The translations under genes were made by a program, and so were the position numbers. Under the pieces are notes generated by a model. It was not told the DNA's origin. It worked only from the letters and a program-made list of their open reading frames with translations, and made no database searches. A DNA stretch of 64,000 nt from Octopus vulgaris (taxonomy: Eukaryota). Positions 23,877 to 38,270 of this stretch are shown one piece after another (within the stretch, counting starts at the first letter, position 1; the number at the start of each line of letters is the position of its first letter). The DNA is taken from positions 100,192,001-100,256,000 of the forward strand of contig OX597820.1 in NCBI GenBank assembly GCA_951406725.2. Reading direction: 5' to 3'.

Positions 23877-26785
23877 TTGGAGTGACATCTGGAGCAAAGA
23901 CAAGGAGCACAAGAAGGATGCTGAATGGTTGCAAGGACTGAAACAAACAGTAGTCTGTCCAAAACGAGCAGAACTGGTCATTTCCGTTAGGGAAGTGAAG
24001 GAAATCAGCAAACAACTGAGCCACTGGAAGGCCCCGGGACCAAATGCAGTTCAAGGCTACTGGATCAAAAGATTTGGTGAATGTCATGCACGAATAGTTG
24101 CGCAACTCAACACTTTGTTAAATGCCGACCAAGTAACACCAGAGTGGTTTACATTGGGTAGGACAGTGCTGTGCCTGAAAAACATCGAAAAAGGCAATAT
24201 GGTAGACAATTACAGGCCGATATCCTGTTTGCCACTCATGTGGAAGTTATTAACTGGAATACTCGCAGAGTCAAAGTACGAGCATCTGGAAAACAATGGA
24301 GTCCTGCCACATGGGCAGAAGGGTTGCAAGCGTAAGTGCAGATGTATCAAGGATCAACTCTTGATAGACAAAACTGTCCTCAGAGACAGCAAGAGGAAGA
24401 AAAGTAACTTAGGCATGTCATGGATTGACTATCGTAAGGCGTACGATATGATCCCACATTCTTGGATTATAGAGTGTATGAACCTATTTGGGATTGCATC
24501 GAATGTTGAGCGATTGCTTGGAAAAAGTATGACGAATCAGAGGACGGACCTGACAGCATATGGAAGAAGTTTAGGAACATTAGAAATTAGGAGAGGCATG
24601 TTCCAAGGGGACGGTCTGTCCCCACTGATCTTTGTAATGTGCTTGATACTACTAACACTGATTCTGAGGAAAGAAAAAGCTGGGTGTGTATTCAAAGCCA
24701 CCAACAAAAGACAGCCATTTGTTATTCGTGGTTGACCTCAAACTTTATGGTAAAGACGAAGCCAAAGTCAGTTTCCTCATTGGTACGGTGTATAGCTTCA
24801 GTGCTGATATCAGAATGGAGTTCGGACTGAGAAAGTGTGCTGTGTTAGTCTTGAAGAGAGGCAAAATCAAATGTATGGACGGACTAACGATACCGTCGGG
24901 GGAGGTTATGAAGCAGATAGAAGAGACGGGCTATAAGTAATTGGGGATTTTGGAAATAGATAAATTGATGGAGAAAGAAATGACAGAACAATTTATGGGT
25001 GGAGTATTTGCGCTGATACTTAAGTCGAAATTAAACGGACGGAATAAGATCAAAGCTATCAACCCCTGGGTGGTTTCACTACTTAGATATGGAGCAGGGG
25101 TAATCGCATGGACAGTAGACAAACTAAACAGCTTAGACAGAAAGACAAGGAAGTTGCTAACTTGATATGGGTCACTCCACCCAAAACGTGACACAGGCAG
25201 ACTGTATGTACCAGGAAAAACAGGGGGAAGAGGACTTATTGGATGCGAACACAGCATTAGAGGAGAAGAAAACAACATAGCATGGTACGTGAAAAATGCC
25301 AGAGAACCGCTATAGGACGAAAGATTGCAAAGATAAAGCACTATACAAGAAATTGAAAACGAATGAAACTGAAGATAGGTGGGTAAAGAAAAGAATGCAT
25401 GATCAATTTCATAGAGATGTTCAAGATAAGAGAGACAGAGAAAAAAGATGGATGTGGATGACTAAAAATGATTTAAAATACAGAATAGACAACACAGCAA
25501 AAAGTGCTAAGTGCAGAATCTGTAGACAAAACGGTGAAACCGTATGGCATATTACCAGCCAATGTACGCCACTAGCCCAGAAAGAATATGAGACGCCACG
25601 ACAATATAGGCAGGCTTGTCCATTGGACACTTTGCAAAAAGTATGGACTTGACAGAGCAAAAAATTGGTACGACCACAAACCTGAAGGCATCGTCTAAAT
25701 AGAAATGCAAAGATTTTATGGGATTTTATGATTCAATGTGACCATGAAATTGAGAATATGAAGCCGGACATAGTCTTAATTGAGAACGAAAACAAACTAT
25801 GCTGGATCATAGATATAGCATGGAAGAGTATGTACGGATGGAAAGGAAAAGCCTACTAGAATATTTACAGGACAGTACAGAGAAATTACTAAAGGCGGTG
25901 AATAAAAATCAAGTGATCAAGGGTGGCATAGGAGAAAAAGGCAAGAACAAAATTCAATGAGAGAGTGCTAAACAGATTCCTGAGAAGCTTTTACATGGTC
26001 AGTTTTGGAAAGCCACTGAGGGTGGAACAAAATCTGGACTTCGTTGAAAAAAGAGCAACTAAAAAGAGAAATAAGGAGCCTTATTTTGGCAGCTCAAACT
26101 TAAGCGATAAAAACAGCTTGAGAAAATATGTGTATGGGTCCAAAATGTAGAGTATGTGGAATTTGGGATGAATCAATGGTACACGTTGCAAAATGATCCA
26201 AGTTGGCTCAGGGAGAATATAAGAAGTAGAAGCATGATTAAGTTGCAAAAGTTTTGCACTGAAACTTTGTCAGAAATGGGGGTTTGAAGTTGGAAGTACT
26301 TGGTATAATCATCTGCCTGAAAGAGTGCTTGAGTCGGAGAAATACAAGATTTCCACGCGATTTTCCAATGGATTTTCAAGCAGAAATGAAAATAGAAAAT
26401 AATGTACAATAATCGACAAGGAAAAGCAATGTTGCTTATTGATTGATGCATTATATCCGTTTGATTCCACGACTGGAAAGAAAGAAGATGACAAATGGAA
26501 AGACTATAAAATCGCTTAAAATTTGAAATTGTCAGAATGTGGAATACGAAATCTGCAAAGGTTGTGCCTGTAGTAATTGGTTCATTTGGGGATTGTAAGT
26601 AATAATATAGACAAATGGTTGAAGGAGATTAGAAGGAAATATCCTGTAGACCTTCTATTGATAGTTTGCCCTCTTAAGAAAAGGAAAGATTATCAGAAGG
26701 GTTTTGAGCACTTCAAAGATTACCAAAATCTTGCGGATATCAAAAGTTACAGGTAGTAATCTGCTACCCGCATAAATAAAAGCAG
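23877..26785 (+). mobile_element. R4/Dong-clade RT-endonuclease remnant plus a second fused 3' fragment (from about 25820)
   Basis: WIDYRKAYDMIPHSWI, FQGDGLSPLIF, VDLKLY, GGRGL, KCRIC..ETVWHITSQC, KPDIV; multiple frameshifts. Confidence 0.88.
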
Positions 26786-26958
26786 CTAGTACTTATTTTA
26801 TCGCCACCGGCAGTATTCGAACTCGGAACGTAAACTTGGAAGAAATGCTGTTAAGCATTTTACCCGGCGCAGTAACGAATCTCCCAACTCGACACATTAA
26901 TGATGATGATGATGATGAGGCAGAGGAGAAGGAGGAAGATTATGGTGATGATGATGAT

Positions 26959-27172
26959 CTTTTCTATTATAGGCACAAGGCCTGAATTTTGTGGTGACGG
27001 ACTTACGTCGATTGCATCGACCCTAAGTGCTCAACTATTATGTATTTTATCGAACCCGAAACGATGAAAGACAAAATCAACTTCGGCGATATTTGAACTC
27101 AGAACGTAAATATGGATAAAATGCTGCCAAGCATTTTATCGGTGTGCTATCGATTCTTCCGACTCGCGGCCT
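26959..27172 (-). mobile_element. tRNA-derived SINE, decayed (duplicate at about 33288-33501)
   Basis: Reverse complement matches the SINE at 47002 (B box GTTCAAAT, CTTTCATCxTTTCGGG.TCGATAAA core). Confidence 0.7.
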
Positions 27173-27729
27173 TGATGATGATGATGATGATGTTGATGAT
27201 AATGATGACGACGACGGCGGTGGCAACGACGACGACGATGATGATTAGGAAGACAAGGAGGATTTCTTTTATTTGCTAAAAGTAAGAAATGGCACCATGG
27301 ACAAATGTCTTCTACTATAGCTTCGGGCCGATCAAAGTCTTGTGAGTGGATTTCGTAGATGGAAACCGAAAGAATCTCGTTATATGCACAAACGTGTGTG
27401 TGTATATGTACGTGCATGCGTGTGTGTGTATTTATCCCCCACCACTACTTGTCAACCAGTGCTGGTGTGTTTTAGTCCCTGTTCGGCAAAAGAGTCGGAT
27501 AAAATAAGCACTAAGCTTAGAAAAAAAGTACTGGGATCGATTCATTCGACTAAAACTTTTTCAATGCAGTGCGACAGCATGGCCGTAGTCCAATGACTGA
27601 GCAATTAAAAGATTAAAGATAAAACTATATAAAATATGTGAATACATGGATGGTGCAGGAAGGTCTCCAGATTGAACCAATCAAGAAATCCACAGATCCA
27701 AGATCACCGTAACCATGAAATTACCATAA

Positions 27730-27981
27730 AGTAAAGTTACGTTCTCGAGTCACACTGACTCATAAGGGCCAGTTTCCCAGTCTCCATGGCATATACATTC
27801 CCCACCTGAACGGGATGCTGGTCCGTCACAGAATTACTCATTTTTGCTAACAGAGTGGACTTGAGCAACGTGAAATGGAGTGTTTTGTTCAAGAACAAAT
27901 GCGTTGCCTGTTCTAGGATTCGAAACCACAATCTTACAATCATGAGTCCAGCACCCAAACCACTAAGTCACGCGCCTCCAT
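27730..27981 (-). mobile_element. tRNA-derived SINE with V-domain-like core (duplicate at about 34056-34307)
   Basis: Head GGAGGCGCGTGACTTAGTGG..GGTTTCGAATCC; core CTGTGACGGACCAGCATCCCGTTCAGG; tail AACTTTACTT. Related copies at 42650 and 46441. Confidence 0.7.
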
Positions 27982-28364
27982 GTAACCATCAAGGGCACGA
28001 GTCTCCTCCCAACCTAGGTTCTCCTATCTACTTTAGGCCATTTTCTCCACTGTAATCCATCTTTTGACGAATTAATTGTAGAAGAGTACTTCTCACTCCA
28101 CCCTCATTTTGCTTTTTAAGTAGAACTTTTAAAATGTTATTGAGGGAGACTGCTTGTCTTTAATCCTTTCGACCTCATCCAGTACGCAATCTCTTCCGCT
28201 TTAGCCACCACACAATAGAAAGCTGCAGGCTCAACCCTATCGAATCAGGTCGGAGGATCGATCTTCACGAGTTACCCGATCGATAGTCGGGTACACCCTA
28301 CAAGTGACAACAATCAGTTTGACATAACCCCACAAGTCAGCAGAAGTTGGACACTGTTTGTGTG

Positions 28365-28504
28365 CATTAGCGTAACTAGAGTGTGTGCCGCACCCAGAAG
28401 CCACAAAAGACATATTTCCTACAGCAGATCCAAAACTGGTGTCCCTTTAAAAGTGCCGCCCGGGGCGGACTGCCCCTACCGCCACTCTCCTAGATACGCT
28501 AGTG
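28365..28504. mobile_element. 140-bp hAT-type MITE (duplicate at 34691-34830)
   Basis: TIRs CATTAGCGTAACTAG / CTAGATACGCTAGTG; 8-bp TSD tttgtgtg/cttgtgtg with one mismatch. Confidence 0.75.
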
Positions 28505-28654
28505 CTTGTGTGCAAGAATTTCGGTTCTGTCGCTCCAATCCGAAAGTCTTCTCGAACCGACCAGCCAGTTTATTTTCGTCGACACCTTGAGTTTCTTCGT
28601 AGATGTTATCCCTCCCGTTCACAAGTCATCTAAATATTGCTGAAGTAGAACTTT

Positions 28655-28859
28655 TTATTTCTTTACTACCCACAAGGGCTATTCCCAGAGGGGACAAACA
28701 AAGACAGACAAACGGATTAAGTCGATTATATCTACCCCAATGCATAACTGGTACTTATTTAATCGACCCCGAAAGTATAAAAGGCAAAGTAGACCTCGGC
28801 GGAATTTGAGCTCAGAACGTAGCGCCAGACGAAATACCGCTAACGTTTCTGCCAGCTCG
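28655..28859 (-). mobile_element. tRNA-derived SINE (duplicate at about 34982-35186)
   Basis: Reverse complement of the 47002-47226 family. Confidence 0.8.
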
Positions 28860-29617
28860 TTAAAGTGCAAATTCTATTCACCGCATTATGCGACTGATAG
28901 AGAGCAGTGGGTATATCAAAAGACGTATGTAAGAAATATATTTGCTATGAGAAAAAATATATAGACCAAATTTTCTTAGTCAATGATTAATATTGTTTGT
29001 TAACATTCTGATATGTATTGCAGACGGTCTCGGAAATATTTCTCTTTTGTTCTGAACTCAACTGTGAAACATAGATTTCCGACCCACTTATCACCACAGT
29101 ACTTTTATGAAAGCAATATTAAATAACAAACAGGAATATGCGAAGAGAGAAAACTATTATTCATATTATTAAAGTGAATTTAATAGGAATATTACGAAGT
29201 CAATTAATTGCATACTTTAAATTAATAAGATGATAAGCATGCATTGTGTGTTTGATTTAACAAATAGCATGTTTCCTGTTCAGTTGACTAAATCGATCAC
29301 GGTTGATCGATATCGATAATGTTGTTAGAAGGATCTAATAGATTTAATATTGGCCGCTTTATTGTAAAATATTCGCAGCATAATTTAGAAAGAAACAAAA
29401 GTAGAAGACAAGATGTGACATGACAAGGATATGAAATAGCATGCGTGTATGTAAGTGATAACAAGTACGTGTATGCCTCATACAACAGTTTTTGTATTAT
29501 ATTGGACCATTTAGTGGGTGTATATGAGTTATGCTTCTGTGCTACATTCGGGCTTATTTACAAACATTTTCTTTATGCTAAGAGTGCAGCTGAATGTAAC
29601 CCTCGAGTGTGCCTATA

Positions 29618-30623
29618 CAAAGACTGAGAAAGAGAGAAAGAAAAAGGAGAGAGAAGGAAGGGGAGAGAGGGAGAACAATAGAGAAAGCGAAAGAGAGAGG
29701 CGAGAGAGAAATGGATAGAGAGAGACAGAGAAAAAGAGAAAGATAGAGAGAGAGAAGTTACCCAGGGACCTCAGTGGCTTTGGAGCCCAATGCGGACTTG
29801 TTATGTTGTGCCTTGTTGCCAACACATACTACAGGCCCCAATGTATCAAAACGCCTAGGGGCTTATAATGCTACTCAGACAGTTCTGGTGTGTCTATTTT
29901 CATTGTTAGTATGATCCTCCCAAGATACAACAATTTCAGCTTCACTGCACAAATTTACATGTACATCAAAACTTGCCAAACGAGTAAAAGAAATAAAGAA
30001 GTTATTGTTGTTTTTTTCAATACAGGTACGGTTATTCCCAGGTTATGTTCAATCTACGTGGGTTTTCTATGAAGATACTACGCCATATCTTTCTTGGCCA
30101 GTCTCTTTTTCTCTTATCTTCCAGCGGCGTCCAGCCTATGGCTATTTTGGCAAGCCTCTTTTCCAATAGTCTTAGTATGTCTCCAGCCATTCCTATTCCT
30201 CGTTCGGTTACAATGGCATGCAGGGGCATTACTCTTGTTGCTTGGAGAATGGCTTCATTTGTCACTCTGTCTTGATAAGTAATTCTGATAAAATCGCTGA
30301 TAAAATACGTCGTTATTGGGCGATTTTTGTTGTCATCTTCCAGGTCTCAGTTGCATAGATCGCTATTGGCAGTATTGCTGTTTTTTACAGATGAATCTTC
30401 AGCTCTATACTTACGTTATTGCTATACTAAAGTGATGTCAATCTTCTAAATACAGCCGCTGCCTTGCCAGTTCTGCAGATTACATCTGTCTGTGCATCAC
30501 CGATGCTAGTCACTGTGCTTCCTAGATGTGTGAAGCTTGTAACGTCTTCCACTGGTTCTTGTAGTAGGATAATAGGTTTTAAACATTACATGCGAAATTA
30601 AAATTATTCGAGCTTACTCCTAT
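29618..30623 (-). mobile_element. 5'-truncated RTE-clade LINE with (TC)n tail
   Basis: Minus-strand peptide TNEAIL..GDILRL..RLAKIAIGWTP..KRKRDWPRKIW is typical of the RTE C-terminus; flanked by a long direct repeat. Confidence 0.75.
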
Positions 30624-30814
30624 CTCATACAACAGATTTTGTATTATATTGGACCATTTAGTGGGTGTATATGAGTTATGCTTCTGTGCTACATTCGGGC
30701 TTATTTACAAACATTTTCTTTATGCTAACCTTAAAAGAGATCACCTGGATCTCGTTGTTAATATTATTATAGGTCTGAAAGACAGCATTCCTGTAAGCTT
30801 GTGTAATACTATAT

Positions 30815-33115
30815 CAGAGGACGGACCTGACAGCATACGAAAGAAGTTTAGGAACGTTAGAAATTAGGAGAGGCATGTTCCAAGGGGACGGCCTGTCCCT
30901 ACTGATCTTTGTAATGTGCTTGATACTACTAACACTGATTCTGAGGAAAGAAGAGGTTGGGTGTGTATTCAAAGCCGCCAACCATTTGTTATTCGTGGTT
31001 GACCTCAGACTTTAAGGTAAAGACGATGCCCAAGACAGTTTCCTCTTTGATACGGTGTATAGCTTCAGTGCTGTTATCAGAATGGAGTTCGGACTGAGAA
31101 AGTGTGCTGTGTTAGTCTTGAAGAGAGGCAAAATCAAATGTATGGACGGACTAACGATACCGTCGGGGGAGGTTATGAAGCAGATAGAAGAGACGGGCTA
31201 TAAGTACTTGGGTATTTGGGAAATAGATAAATTGATGGAGAAAGAAATGACAGAAAAATTTAAGGGTGGAGTATTTGCGCTGATACTTAAGTCGAAATTA
31301 AACGGACGGAATAAGATCGAAGCTATCAACCCCTGGGTGGTTTCACTACTTAGATATGGAGCAGGGGTAATCGCATGGACAGTAGACAAACTAAACAGCT
31401 TAGACAGAAAGACAAGGAAGTTGCTAACTTGATATGGGTCACTCCACCCAAAACGTGACACAGGCAGACTGTATGTACCAGGAAAAACAGGGGGAAGAGG
31501 ACTTATTGGATGCGAACACAGCATTAGAGGAGAAGAAAACAACATAGCATGGTACGTGAAAAATGCCAGAGAACCGCTATAGGACGAAAGATTGCAAAGA
31601 TAAAGCACTATACAAGAAATTGAAAACGAATGAAACTGAAGATAGGTGGGTAAGGAAAAGAATGCATGATCAATTTCATAGAGATGTTCAAGATAAGAGA
31701 GACAGAGAAAAAAGATGGATGTGGATGACTAAAAATGATTTAAAACCGGAAACGGAGGCTCTTATCTGTGCTGCCCAAGAGCAAGCACTAAGAAAAAACT
31801 ACATAAAATACAGAATAGACAACACAACAAAAAGTGCTAAGTGCAGAATCTGTAGACAAAACGGTGAAACCGTATGGCATATTACCAGCCAATGTACGCC
31901 ACTAGCCCAGAAAGAATATGAGACGCCACGACAATATAGGCAGGCTTGTCCATTGGACACTTTGCAAAAAGTATGGACTTGACAGAGCAAAAAATTGGTA
32001 CGACCACAAACCTGAAGGCATCGTCGAAATAGAAATGCAAAGATTTTATGGGATTTTATGATTCAGTGTGACCATGAAATTGAGAATATGAAGCCGGGCA
32101 TAGTCTTAATTGAGAACGAAAACAAACTATGCTGGATCATAGATATAGCATGGAAGAGTATGTACGGATGGAAAGGAAAAGCCTACTAGAATATTTACAG
32201 GGCAGTACAGAGAAATTACTAAAGGCGGTGAATAAAAATCAAGTGATCAAGGGTGGCATAGGAGAAAAAGGCAAGAATAAAATTCAATGAGAGAGTGCTA
32301 AACAGATTCCTGAGAAGCTTTTACATGGTCAGTTTTGGAAAGCCACTGAGGGTGGAACAAAATCTGGACTTCGTTGAAAAAGAGCAACTAAAAAGAGAAA
32401 TAAGGAGCCTTATTTTGGCAGCTCAAACTTAAGCGATAAAAACAGCTTGAGAAAATATGTGTATGGGTCCAAAATGTAGAGTATGTGGAATTTGAGATGA
32501 ATCAATGGTACACGTTGCAAAATGATCTAAGTTGGCTCAGGGAGAATATAAGAAGTTGAAGCATGACTAAGTTGCAAAAGTTTTGCACTGAAGCTTTGTC
32601 AGAAATGGGGATTTGAAGTTGGAAGTACTTGGTAAAATCATCTGCTTGAAAGAGTGCTTGAGTCGGAGAAATACAAGATTTCCACGCGATTTTCCAATGG
32701 ATTTTCAAGCAGAAATGAAAATAGAAAATAATGTACAATAATCGACATGGTAAAGCAATGTTGCTTATTGATTGATGCATTATATCCGTTTGATTCCACG
32801 ACTGGCAAGAAAGAAGATGAAAAATGGAAAGACTATAAAATCGCTTAAAATTTGAAATTGCCAGAATGTGGAATACGAAATCTGCAAAGGTTGTGCCTGT
32901 AGTAATTGGTTCATTTGGGGATTGTAAGTAATAATATAGACAAATGGTTGAAGGAGATTAGAAGGAAATATCCTGTAGACCTTCTATTGATAGTTTCCCC
33001 TCTTAAGAAAAGGAAAGATTATCAGAAGGGTTTTGAGCACTTCAAAGATTACCAAAATCTTGCGGATATCAAAAGTTACAGGTAGTAATCTGCTACCCGC
33101 ATAAATAAAAGCAGC
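30815..33115 (+). mobile_element. Duplicated copy of the R4/Dong remnant
   Basis: Near-identical to 24538-26785; retains the PETEALICAAQEQAL segment deleted in the first copy. Confidence 0.88.
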
Positions 33116-35942
33116 TAGTACTTATTTTATCGCCACCGGCAGTATTCGAACTCGGAACGTAAACTTGGAAGAAATGCTGTTAAGCATTTTACCCGGCGCA
33201 GTAACGAATCTCCCAACTCGACACATTAATGATGATGATGATGATGAGGCAGAGGAGAAGGAGGAAGATTATGATGATGATGATGATCTTTTCTATTATA
33301 GGCACAAGGCCTGAATTTTGTGGTGACGGACTTACGTCGATTGCATCGACCCTAAGTGCTCAACTATTATGTATTTTATCGAACCCGAAACGATGAAAGA
33401 CAAAATCAACTTCGGCGATATTTGAACTCAGAACGTAAATATGGATAAAATGCTGCCAAGCATTTTATCGGTGTGCTATCGATTCTTCCGACTCGCGGCC
33501 TTGATGATGATGATGATGATGATGATAATGATGACGACGACGACGGCGGCGGCGACGACGACGATGATGATGATTAGGAAGACAAGGAGGATTTCTTTTA
33601 TTTGCTAAAAGTAAGAAATGGCACCATGGACAAATGTCTTCTACTATAGCTTCGGGCCGATCAAAGTCTTGTGAGTGGATTTCGTAGATGGAAACCGAAA
33701 GAATCTCGTTATATGCACAAACGTGTGTGTATATGTACGTGCTTCCGTGTGTGTGTATTTATCCCCCACCACTACTTGTCAACCAGTGCTGGTGTGTTTT
33801 CGTCCCTGTTCGGCAAAAGAGTCGGATAAAATAAGCACTAAGCTTAGAAAAAAGTACTGGGATCGATTCATTCGACTAAAACTTTTTCAATGCAGTGCGA
33901 CAGCATGGCCGTAGTCCAATGGTTGAGCAATTAAAAGATTAAAGATAAAACTATATAAAATATGTGAATACATGGATGGTGCAGGAAGGTCTCCAGATTG
34001 AACCAATCAAGAAATCCACAGATCCAAGATCACCGTAACCATGAAATTACCATAAAGTAAAGTTACGTTCTCGAGTCACACTGACTCATAAGGGCCAGTT
34101 TCCCAGTCTCCATGGCATATACATTCCCCACCTGAACGGGATGCTGGTCCGTCGCAGAATTACTCATTTTTGCTAACAGAGTGGACTTGAGCAACGTGAA
34201 ATGGAGTGTTTTGTTCAAGAACAAATGCGTTGCCTGTTCTAGGATTCGAAACCACAATCTTACAATCATGAGTCCGGCACCCAAACCACTAAGTCACGCG
34301 CCTCCATGTAACCATCAAGGACACGAGTCTCCTCCCAACCTAGGTTCTCCTATCTACTTTAGACCATTTTCTCCACTGTAATCCATCTTTTGACGAATTA
34401 ATTGTAGAAGAGTACTTCTCACTCCACCCTCATTTTGCTTTTTAAGTAGAACTTTAAAAAGGTTATTGAGGGAGACTGCTTGTCTTTAATCCTTTCGACC
34501 TCATCCAGTACGCAATCTCTTCCGCTTTAGCCACCACACAATAGAAAGCTGCAGGCTCAACCCTATCGAATCAGGTCGGAGGATCGATCTTCACGAGTTA
34601 CCCGATCGATAGTCGGGTACACCCTACAAGTGACAACAATCAGTTTGACATAACCCCACAAGTCAGCAGAAGTTGGACACTGTTTGTGTGCATTAGCGTA
34701 ACTAGAGTGTGTGCCGCCCCCAGAAGCCACGAAAGACATATTTCCTACAGCAGATCCAAAACTGGTGTCCCTTTAAAAGTGCCGCCCGGGGCGGACTGCC
34801 CCTACCGCCACTCTCCTAGATACGCTAGTGCTTGTGTGCAAGAATTTCGGTTCTGTCGCTCCAATCCGAAAGTCTTCTCGAACCGACCAACCAGTTTATC
34901 TTCGTCGACACCTTGAGTTTCCTCGTAGATGTTATCCCTCTCGTTCACAAGTCATCTAAATATTGCTGAAGTAGAACTTCTTATTTCTTTACTACCCACA
35001 AGGGGCTATTCACAGAGGGAACAAACAAAGACAGACAAACGGATTAAGTCGATTATATCTACCCCAATGCATAACTGGTACTTATTTAATCGACCCCGAA
35101 AGGATAAAAGGCAAAGTCGACCTCGGCGGAATTTGAGCTCAGAACGTAGCGCCAGACGAAATACCACTAAAGTTTCTGCCAGCTCGTTAAAGTGCAAATT
35201 CTATTCACCGCATTATGCGACTGATAGAGAGCAGTGAGTACATCAAAAGACGTATGTAAGAAATATATTTGCTATGAGAAAAAATATATAGACCAAATTT
35301 TCTTAGTCAATGATTAATATTGTTTAACATTCTCATATGTATTGCAGACGGTCTCGGAAATATTTCTCTTTTGTTCTGAACTCAACTGTGAAACATAGAT
35401 TTCCTACCCACTTATCACCACAGTACTTTTATGAAAGCAATATTAAATAACAAACAGGAATATGCGAAGAGAGAAAACTATTATTCATTTTATTAAAGTG
35501 AATTTAATAGGAATATTACGAAGTCAATTAATTGCATACTTTAAATTAATAAGATGATAAGCATGCATTGTGTGTTTGATTTAACAAATAGCATGTTTCC
35601 TGTTCAGTTGACTAAATCGATCACGGTTGATCGATATCGATAATGTTGTTAGAAGGATCTAAATAGATTTAATATTGGCCGCTTTATTGTAAAATATTCG
35701 CAGCATAATTTGGAAAGAAACAAAAGTAGAAGACAAGATGTGACATGACAAGGATATGAAATAACATGCGTGTATGTAAGTGATAACAAGTACGTGTATG
35801 CCTCATACAACAGTTTTTGTATTATATTGGACCATTTAGTGCGTGTATATGAGTTATGCTTCTGTGCTACATTCGGGCTTATTTACAAACATTTTCTTTA
35901 TGCTAAGAGTGCAGATGAATGTAACCCTCGAGTGTGTCTATA

Positions 35943-36946
35943 CAAAGACTGAGAAAGAGAGAAAGAAAAAGGAGAGAGAAGGAAGGAGAGAGAGGGAGAA
36001 CAATAGAGAAAGCGAAAGAGAGAGGAGAGAGAGAAATGGATAGAGAGAGACAGAGAAAGAGAGAAAGAGAGAGAGAGAAGTTACCCAGGGACCTCAGTGG
36101 CTTTGGAGCCCAATGCGGACTTGTTATGTTGTGCCTTGTTGCCAACACATACTACAGGCCCCAATGTATCAAAACGCCTAGGGGCTTATAATGCTACTCA
36201 GACAGTTCTGGTGTGTCTATTTTCATTGTTAGTATGATCCTCCCAAGATACAACAATTTCAGCTTCACTGCACAAATTTACATGTACATCAAAACTTGCC
36301 AAACGAGTAAAAGAAATAAAGAAGTTATTGTTGTTTTCTTCAATACAGGTACGGTTATTCCCAGGTTATGTTCAATCTACGTGGGTTTTCTTTGAAGATA
36401 CTACGCCATATCTTTCTTGGCCAGTCTCTTTTTCTCTTATCTTCCAGCGGCGTCCAGCCTATGGCTATTTTGGCAAGCCTCTTTTACAACAGTCTTAATA
36501 TGTCTCCAGCCATTCCTATTCCTCGTTCGGTTACAATGGCATGCAGGGGCATTACTCTTGTTGCTTGGAGAATGGCTTCATTTGTCACTCTGTCTTGATA
36601 AGTAATTCTGATAAAATCGCTGATAAAATACGTCGTTATTGGGCGATTTTTGTTGTCATCTTCCAGGTCTCAGTGGCATAGATCGCTATTGGCAGTATTG
36701 CTGTTTTGTACAGATGAATCTTCAGCTCTATACTTACGTTATTGCTATACTAAAGTGATGTCAATCTTCTAAATACAGCCGCTGCCTTGCCAGTTCTGCA
36801 GATTACATCTGTCTGTGCATCACCGATGCTAGTCACTGTGCTTCCTAGATGTGTGAAGCTTGTAACGTCTTCCACTGGTTCTTGTAGTAGGATAATAGGT
36901 TTTAAACATTACATGCGAAATTAAAATCATTCGAGCTTACTCCTGT
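35943..36946 (-). mobile_element. RTE-clade LINE fragment (duplicated copy) between 141-bp direct repeats
   Basis: Same as 29618-30623; direct repeats at 35802-35942 and 36947-37087. Confidence 0.75.
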
Positions 36947-38270
36947 CTCATACAACAGATTTTGTATTATATTGGACCATTTAGTGGGTGTATATGAGTT
37001 ATGCTTCTGTGCTACATTCGGGCTTATTTACAAACATTTTCTTTATGCTAAGAGTGCAGCTGAATGTGACCATCGAGTGTGCCTATAAAAGTTTTTCTTG
37101 TATTGTAGAGTATGTGACTGCGGAAAATGCTTATCTGTTAATCATTATAAGAGCCTAACAACACAAGATTTTAAATTAAAATAAAATGGAAACGTGAACT
37201 ATATGCCTTACAATAGCGTTTTCCCATAGAAGGTTTGGGGCCGGGTATATAACTAATCGTATTTTTGAAACTACTAGTAGCCATGGCCTAGCTAGAGTAC
37301 GGCGGCGCCACGTCAAAGACCTTTGAAAGTAGGTAAGAGATTTTTCTGCTGACCCCCTTCAACAGGTTTTAGGAAACTATGGATGGATGACAGGAAACTG
37401 TGTTATTATGCATCAGCTTTACATTTAATTTTTGGAATGGTTTGTATTCCGGAATGATCTACATTAACTGTAACTGCCAAGAAATCAATTACTTTCCCGT
37501 TGGTCTCTATTGTGACTTTGAATCAAAGAAAATTAAAAGCATGTGTTAAGTCATTCCTGAGCCAATCGAGTGTGTCACCATTCAACCCTCTCGGTAATGG
37601 CAAAGCATCGCCCCTCTATAGGTTAAATGGACTTGAGTGGAATTTCTCACTAAGCATATCTAGAATAAACAGACCTAGATAATTGCATAAATCAGCACTC
37701 TCAAATGCTACCCTCGCCACATCGAAGGAGTCTTCTGGGCCAGTCTACCTAACCCAGATCGAACTATGTCAAATAGTCAGGTTTCCCTGATATATATGAG
37801 GGTGTCTGTCCCCATTGCTAGTTTCAGCGTAGCCCTTAGCTACAATAAGTACCCTCTATAACAACGTCCCAATATAGATGGATAAAAATCCACAATATTG
37901 AATTGGGTGAGTCTTGCTCTACCAAGAAATAGTATTACGCTTTAGGGGAGAACTAGACGCTCTCGTACGTAGTTGACACATGTCATTGTGACATGTGTTT
38001 GCTTACCAAGCTAATCTCCGACTTTGTTTGGTTAATCAGCCGACATTTAGAATAGGAGGCAAATTTGGTTTATGGTTGTTAATTGTTATAATGGCATCCT
38101 TCTTTTCTCAAGCTTCTACGCCATCATCAATACCTAACCTTAAAAGAAATCACCTGGATCTCGTTGTTAGTATTATTATAGGTCTGAAAGACAGCATTCC
38201 TGTAAGCTTGTGTAATACTATATGCTAGCTGTTGCTCTACCACTGTGTACAGCCCCACCCAGATTTTGAA
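36947..38270 (-). mobile_element. Penelope-like element RT remnant
   Basis: Minus-strand translation gives RLTQFNIVDFYPSI, FDVARVAFESADLCNYLGLFIL and a decayed YRDD region, matching PLE RT motifs (FDIVDFYPSI, FDVTMGSxDGAExCELVGL). Confidence 0.7.

Larger units (their letters stand above)
24538..38223 (+). repeat. Tandem segmental duplication (unit 1 24538-30814, unit 2 30815-38223)
   Basis: Collinear near-identical sequence and paired ORFs throughout; unit 1 lacks about 1.1 kb present in unit 2. Confidence 0.95.
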
